Assembly: GCA_001628485.1 (NCBI GenBank)
Contig: LURR01000012.1
Span: 53,611 to 117,610, forward strand
Origin: Marine group II euryarchaeote REDSEA-S11_B3N4
GTDB taxonomy: Archaea; Thermoplasmatota; Poseidoniia; Poseidoniales; Thalassarchaeaceae
Direction: 5' to 3'
Length of the DNA stretch: 64,000 bases
Shown here piece after piece: positions 59,742 through 64,000 of the stretch. Numbering within the stretch: position 1 is the stretch's first letter; the number at the start of each line of letters is the position of its first letter. The notes beneath the pieces are model-generated. The model had not been told where the DNA came from and ran no database searches. It was given only the letters and a program-made list of their open reading frames with translations. The translations under genes were made by a program, and so were the position numbers.

Positions 59742-61519
59742 AAGCCCTCCAGAACTTCTAGAATCATATCAGAATACACCCTTGCCCTCGGTGGCATGCC
59801 GTCACTGTAGGAAACGCTGTGTATCTTGGGTATCAACTCAGCGGGGAACTCCTTTCGGATTATGCCGAATAGCTGCCCATCCCGATTGATTTCTAGAACA
59901 ATGGTCCTGTCGTGCCTTCTAACGAATTCCTCCACGCCTGAATGCAGTGGGAGCGCCCTTACCCTGCATGTGCTGACAGAAAGTCCGGACTCCTCTAGCA
60001 TGTCGTCTATCTCAACAATGGTATTCTCCATTGAGCCATAGAATATGACTCCAAGATCCTTCTTTTCTTCCTCCCTTATCACAGGAGCAGGAAGGTGGTC
60101 TCTAGCACCGTCGATCTTCCTCTTCAGCCTAGCCATGGTATCGTGGTATACCTGGGGGTCCTCTGAGTATATGCCATCCTCATCATGGCCTGTTCCCCTG
60201 TAGAGGATTGGGTCGAGGCCGCTCCCAGGAAGTGTCCTGTATGCTATACCGTCTCCATCCACGTCTCGGTATCTGCCATACTCGGGCATGGAGTCCATCT
60301 CTTCCTGGCTCCTGACCACCTTGCCCCTATCCATGGGAGAATCCGGGTAGGTGAATCCGGATGTCTTCCAGCGGTTCATTCCCAGATCAAGGTCGTTGAA
60401 CCCGAAAACCATAGTTTGGAACCTCTCGGCATAGTCGAAAACTCGCCACCCGAACTCGAAGCATTCGTCTACAGTCCCCGGGATTAGTACGATGTGCTGT
60501 GTGTCCCCGTGACTAGCCTCGTAAAGCATCGAGAGGTCCCCTTGCTGTGTTCTAGTAGGCAACCCTGTGGACGGTCCAACTCTGTTGACGTCCCATATTA
60601 CGCCGGGGACTTCAGAGAAGTAGAATAATCCAATGAACTCAGACATCAGGGAGATCCCCGGCCCACTAGTGCAGGTCATCCCCCTTCCTCCTGCCCATCC
60701 AGCACCTAGAACCATCCCAGCAGCTGCTAGCTCGTCCTCTGCTTGAATCACGGCACAGGTACTCCCTCCGTCACCGTCACTTCGAAGCTCTGGAAGCCAG
60801 TTGATTACCGATTCGGCAAGAGACGAAGAAGGGGTAATGGGATACCACGAGAGCATACTTATCCCACCGTATATAGAACCTAGAGCGATGGCCTCGTTGC
60901 CCTCAATCAGAAACGTATTGGGATCCTTATCCCTCGACTCTACGCTGAACTGGCAATCGAAGTCCCAGTTCTCATTGGCGTACTCTCTTCCCTCCGATAT
61001 GGCTTGAATATTGAGCTCGACAGCCTTCTCCTTTCCCTTGAACTGGGCTTTAACCGCCTTTTCTATCGCATCTTCTTCTACTCCAAGGAGGTGTGCCACG
61101 GCTCCTACATAGTACATATTTGCTATTAGCCTCCCAAGCTTTGGGTTTATCTTCCTGGCCATCTTTGTCATTGGCATTCCTAATAGGACGCAATCATCCC
61201 TCTCGACAGGCATTTTCACATCCTCGTTGTATACCACTATCGTGCCAGGCTCAAGTCCTTCGAGATCCTTAATCCATGTGTCTTTGTTCATCAGAATCTG
61301 AATGTTCGTCCCATCGCCCGGAGCCTGATATCCCCTGTCACTAGCCCTGATTATGAACCATGTCGGTAAGCCGGATATGTTGCTAGGGAAGAGGTTCTTA
61401 CCACTGACGGGCACCCCCATCTCGAACATTGAATGTAGAATTATGAGATTGGACGACTGAGACCCCGTTCCGTTGGCGGTTGCGACGTTTACTACGAAAT
61501 CATTGACGATTTTTTCCAT
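59738..61519 (-). CDS. korA: 2-oxoacid:ferredoxin oxidoreductase alpha subunit (fused gamma-alpha)
   Basis: YPITPSS, QAEDE, TSGPG and RVGPSTGLPT. Start taken at MEKIV. Confidence 0.93.
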   Translation of the reverse strand: MEKIVNDFVVNVATANGTGSQSSNLIILHSMFEMGVPVSGKNLFPSNISGLPTWFIIRASDRGYQAPGDGTNIQILMNKDTWIKDLEGLEPGTIVVYNEDVKMPVERDDCVLLGMPMTKMARKINPKLGRLIANMYYVGAVAHLLGVEEDAIEKAVKAQFKGKEKAVELNIQAISEGREYANENWDFDCQFSVESRDKDPNTFLIEGNEAIALGSIYGGISMLSWYPITPSSSLAESVINWLPELRSDGDGGSTCAVIQAEDELAAAGMVLGAGWAGGRGMTCTSGPGISLMSEFIGLFYFSEVPGVIWDVNRVGPSTGLPTRTQQGDLSMLYEASHGDTQHIVLIPGTVDECFEFGWRVFDYAERFQTMVFGFNDLDLGMNRWKTSGFTYPDSPMDRGKVVRSQEEMDSMPEYGRYRDVDGDGIAYRTLPGSGLDPILYRGTGHDEDGIYSEDPQVYHDTMARLKRKIDGARDHLPAPVIREEEKKDLGVIFYGSMENTIVEIDDMLEESGLSVSTCRVRALPLHSGVEEFVRRHDRTIVLEINRDGQLFGIIRKEFPAELIPKIHSVSYSDGMPPRARVYSDMILEVLEGL

Positions 61520-61670
61520 TGTTCTCTTGGTCCCCAGTGCTCTCACAAAACGACTACTCGCAAGGTCTCGGCGATGACTCTGGGTCTTATGCATTACCAT
61601 CGAAGAATCAACCAATCTGCCGCAGAAGTCCTTCCGCTGGAGTTTTCAATGAGAGGGTTTTCGCCGGCTC

Positions 61671-62705
61671 GTGCCTATACCATCAGAACTACAGAAGGCT
61701 TGGGACGACGCAGCGGCCCTTGTCGAGGAAAAGAAAGACCCAGAAGGAGCTCTAGAAGCACTAAGAGCCGCATGGGGGAGTATCGAAAACGAGACTCAGA
61801 GGGCTAAGACACTAGCATTGGCCGCAGACGCAGGGACCGAATTAGGACTGATAGACAGCAAGAACCGGAAGTCCCACTGGCAGAAGGCGTACCGAAACTA
61901 CAACAATTCACTGTCAATCAACTCAAAGAACAAAGAAACGCGCATAAAGATGAACAAGCTTGCTTCAATGATGGACGAGGAGTCAATTTCACTAGGGCTC
62001 GGGTTTCAGATGTTTGACCAGGGAAATCCCACCCCTTTGGGATTGCTAGTAATGATTCTCACTCTTGCGGGACTACTGGTCTCAGTGAAGCTGGTCTCTG
62101 AATTCTTTGACGATACCAACAATCCTCTGGTTTCAATGGAGGTGCAGTACGTCCAAAACGGTCAGACAATTACGGGTGAGATACAAATCGAGCTTTATCA
62201 GGATGAGGCGCCTATGCACGTTGAGAGCTTCCTGACCCATGTTGAGAGCGGCGCATATGTCGGAATAGAGTTCCATAGAGTGATATCAGAATTCATGATT
62301 CAGGGAGGGGATATCGAGAGTATGGGAGGGTCCGGAGGATATGCTGCGCACTACTATGGTTGGTGCAACGGCGAGCAAATGCCCGAGTCACAATGCCCCG
62401 ATAAGACGGACTACACCATACCACAAGAACACGAGAACGGTCTGAAGCACACCGTTGGAGCGCTGGCTGCTGCTCACGCAGGTGTAAACACAGACGGCAG
62501 CCAATTCTACATCGTACCATCTGATGGATCTGCTGGCCATCTCGATTGGGAGGCCGGAAAGGATTGCAGCAGGGAGAGTTGCCATACAGTGTATGGTTAC
62601 GTTACCGACGGACAGAACCACGTTGACGCTATCAGCAAGGTGGAAACAAACTCTAATCGACCAGTGGATCCAGTCAGGATCCTATCTGCTAGCGTGATCA
62701 ACTGA
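61671..62705 (+). CDS. Membrane-anchored cyclophilin-type PPIase with an N-terminal TPR-like domain
   Basis: FHRVISEFMIQGGD, GSQFYI and HTVYG. Central TM helix and a helical N-terminal region. Confidence 0.88.
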   Translation: MPIPSELQKAWDDAAALVEEKKDPEGALEALRAAWGSIENETQRAKTLALAADAGTELGLIDSKNRKSHWQKAYRNYNNSLSINSKNKETRIKMNKLASMMDEESISLGLGFQMFDQGNPTPLGLLVMILTLAGLLVSVKLVSEFFDDTNNPLVSMEVQYVQNGQTITGEIQIELYQDEAPMHVESFLTHVESGAYVGIEFHRVISEFMIQGGDIESMGGSGGYAAHYYGWCNGEQMPESQCPDKTDYTIPQEHENGLKHTVGALAAAHAGVNTDGSQFYIVPSDGSAGHLDWEAGKDCSRESCHTVYGYVTDGQNHVDAISKVETNSNRPVDPVRILSASVIN

Positions 62706-62763
62706 TTCACTTCACTTAGTGAACTTCATGTACTCCTGACTTTTGGTTTGGTTTGGTGAGTTT

Positions 62764-64000
62764 GTGGGGGGTGACAATCCATTCGGTGCCAAGTCACAGT
62801 TCGAGAAGTCCGATGGTACGATGGCCAGATTCATGGACCTGCATTCCCTTGAGGAAAGGGGATTGTGCAAATTGGATGAGATACCATTCTCCATCAGGAT
62901 ACTTCTTGAGTCCGCTCTGAGAAAATGCGATGGATTCCTCGTGAACGAGGATGATGTCAGGAGAATAGCCTCCTGGTCACCAGAAATGAAGCCAGAGGAG
63001 ATTCCTTTCAGTCCCAGTAGGGTCATTCTACAGGACTTCACTGGAGTCCCTGCAATAGTGGATATCGCAGCACTCAGGGATGCAATGAAGGATCTCGGTG
63101 GCGATCCGGCGAAGGTGAACCCTCAGGTTCCTGTAGACCTAGTAATCGATCACTCCGTCCAAGTGGATGTATCTGGACTATTTCCGGATGCCAGAGAGCG
63201 TAACTTGGAGATAGAATATGAGAGGAACTCAGAGAGGTACAAGTTCTTGAAATGGGGGCAATTGAGCCTTGACAACTTCCGGGCAGTCCCACCCGGAAGG
63301 GGAATAGTGCACCAGGTGAATCTCGAATGGATCGCTAGCGTAGCCAGGGAGGAAGATGGAACTTGGATTCCAGACTCCCTAGTGGGAACCGACTCCCATA
63401 CTACCATGATCAACGGATTGGGGGTCCTTGGTTGGGGTGTCGGTGGAATAGAGGCAGAAGCCGTGATGCTAGGGCAGCCGATCTACATGCTGCTTCCAGA
63501 GGTTGTAGGCTTCGAACTAAGAGGAGAACTACAACCAGGAGTTACAGCGACTGATATGACTCTGAGAATAGTTGAGATGCTCAGGGAGCATGGCTGCGTC
63601 GGAAAATTCGTAGAGTTCCATGGCCAAGGACTCTCTAGCCTTAGTCTACCAGATAGGGCCACTATTGCAAATATGGCACCTGAGTACGGGGCAACATGCG
63701 GCTTCTTCCCCGTCGACCAGACCACTCTTGACTACCTGATACTCTCAGGAAGAGACACTGATCACGTGGAGGATGTGAAGAGATTCATGTCGGCTCAGGG
63801 ACTATTCTACGAACAATCATCGACTACCCCCAAATTCACATCGAATCTCGAATTGGACCTGAGAACTGTAGAACCCTCACTTTCCGGACCAAAGAGGCCT
63901 CAGGACAGAGTCTCACTGTCAGAAATGAAATCTCACTGGAGAGCCAGCCTAAATGCTGAGACGGGCCATCAGGGCCATGGAATTGACCCCAGTAGGAACT
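62764..64000 (+). CDS. acnA: Aconitate hydratase A, truncated by the right edge
   Basis: Hand translation from GTG after GGTGAG: ...PFSIRILLES...RVILQDFTGVPAIVD...DLVIDHSVQVD...GIVHQVNLE...GTDSHTTM...NMAPEYGATCGFFP. Not in the ORF track. Confidence 0.95.
   Translation, partial: MGGDNPFGAKSQFEKSDGTMARFMDLHSLEERGLCKLDEIPFSIRILLESALRKCDGFLVNEDDVRRIASWSPEMKPEEIPFSPSRVILQDFTGVPAIVDIAALRDAMKDLGGDPAKVNPQVPVDLVIDHSVQVDVSGLFPDARERNLEIEYERNSERYKFLKWGQLSLDNFRAVPPGRGIVHQVNLEWIASVAREEDGTWIPDSLVGTDSHTTMINGLGVLGWGVGGIEAEAVMLGQPIYMLLPEVVGFELRGELQPGVTATDMTLRIVEMLREHGCVGKFVEFHGQGLSSLSLPDRATIANMAPEYGATCGFFPVDQTTLDYLILSGRDTDHVEDVKRFMSAQGLFYEQSSTTPKFTSNLELDLRTVEPSLSGPKRPQDRVSLSEMKSHWRASLNAETGHQGHGIDPSRN

Noticed and set aside
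778-63725. Numerous 60-200 aa antisense or alternate-frame ORFs in the track
   Set aside because: They are nested in well-supported genes and have Ser/Pro-rich shadow composition typical of the reverse strand of acidic proteins.

Overview
Gene-dense archaeal chromosomal segment, mostly housekeeping. Archaeal markers include RadA, Hel308, Cgi121, Rpo6, Cdc48, PyrI, Rqc2 and MC1. The aerobic heterotroph content (heme O/A synthases, SDH, peptidases, acidic Ca-binding surface proteins) suggests Marine Group II Thermoplasmatota (Poseidoniales); this taxonomy is inference. I call about 47 CDSs and 3 tRNAs (Gly-CCC, initiator Met, Gln-CUG). Three CDSs missing from the ORF track were read by hand: an edge-truncated UbiD, an edge-truncated aconitase and a 35-aa CPxCG zinc-finger microprotein. 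I found no integrase, transposase, CRISPR array or recognisable defence system, and no clear-cut novel multi-gene system. The most interesting items are: (1) a three-subunit, mycobacterial Sdh1-like succinate dehydrogenase with a probable Fe-S membrane anchor, divergent from the microprotein across palindromic operator-like sites; (2) a membrane-anchored furin/kexin-type protease with a recently triplicated 120-bp repeat; (3) a MoxR-less DUF4350/DUF58 cassette behind an HbYX-less Cdc48 and a PRC-barrel gene; (4) a macrodomain with rewritten ligand-binding loops; (5) a recurring TATA + G/C-run promoter signature. All family assignments come from motif recognition by eye, not database searches.
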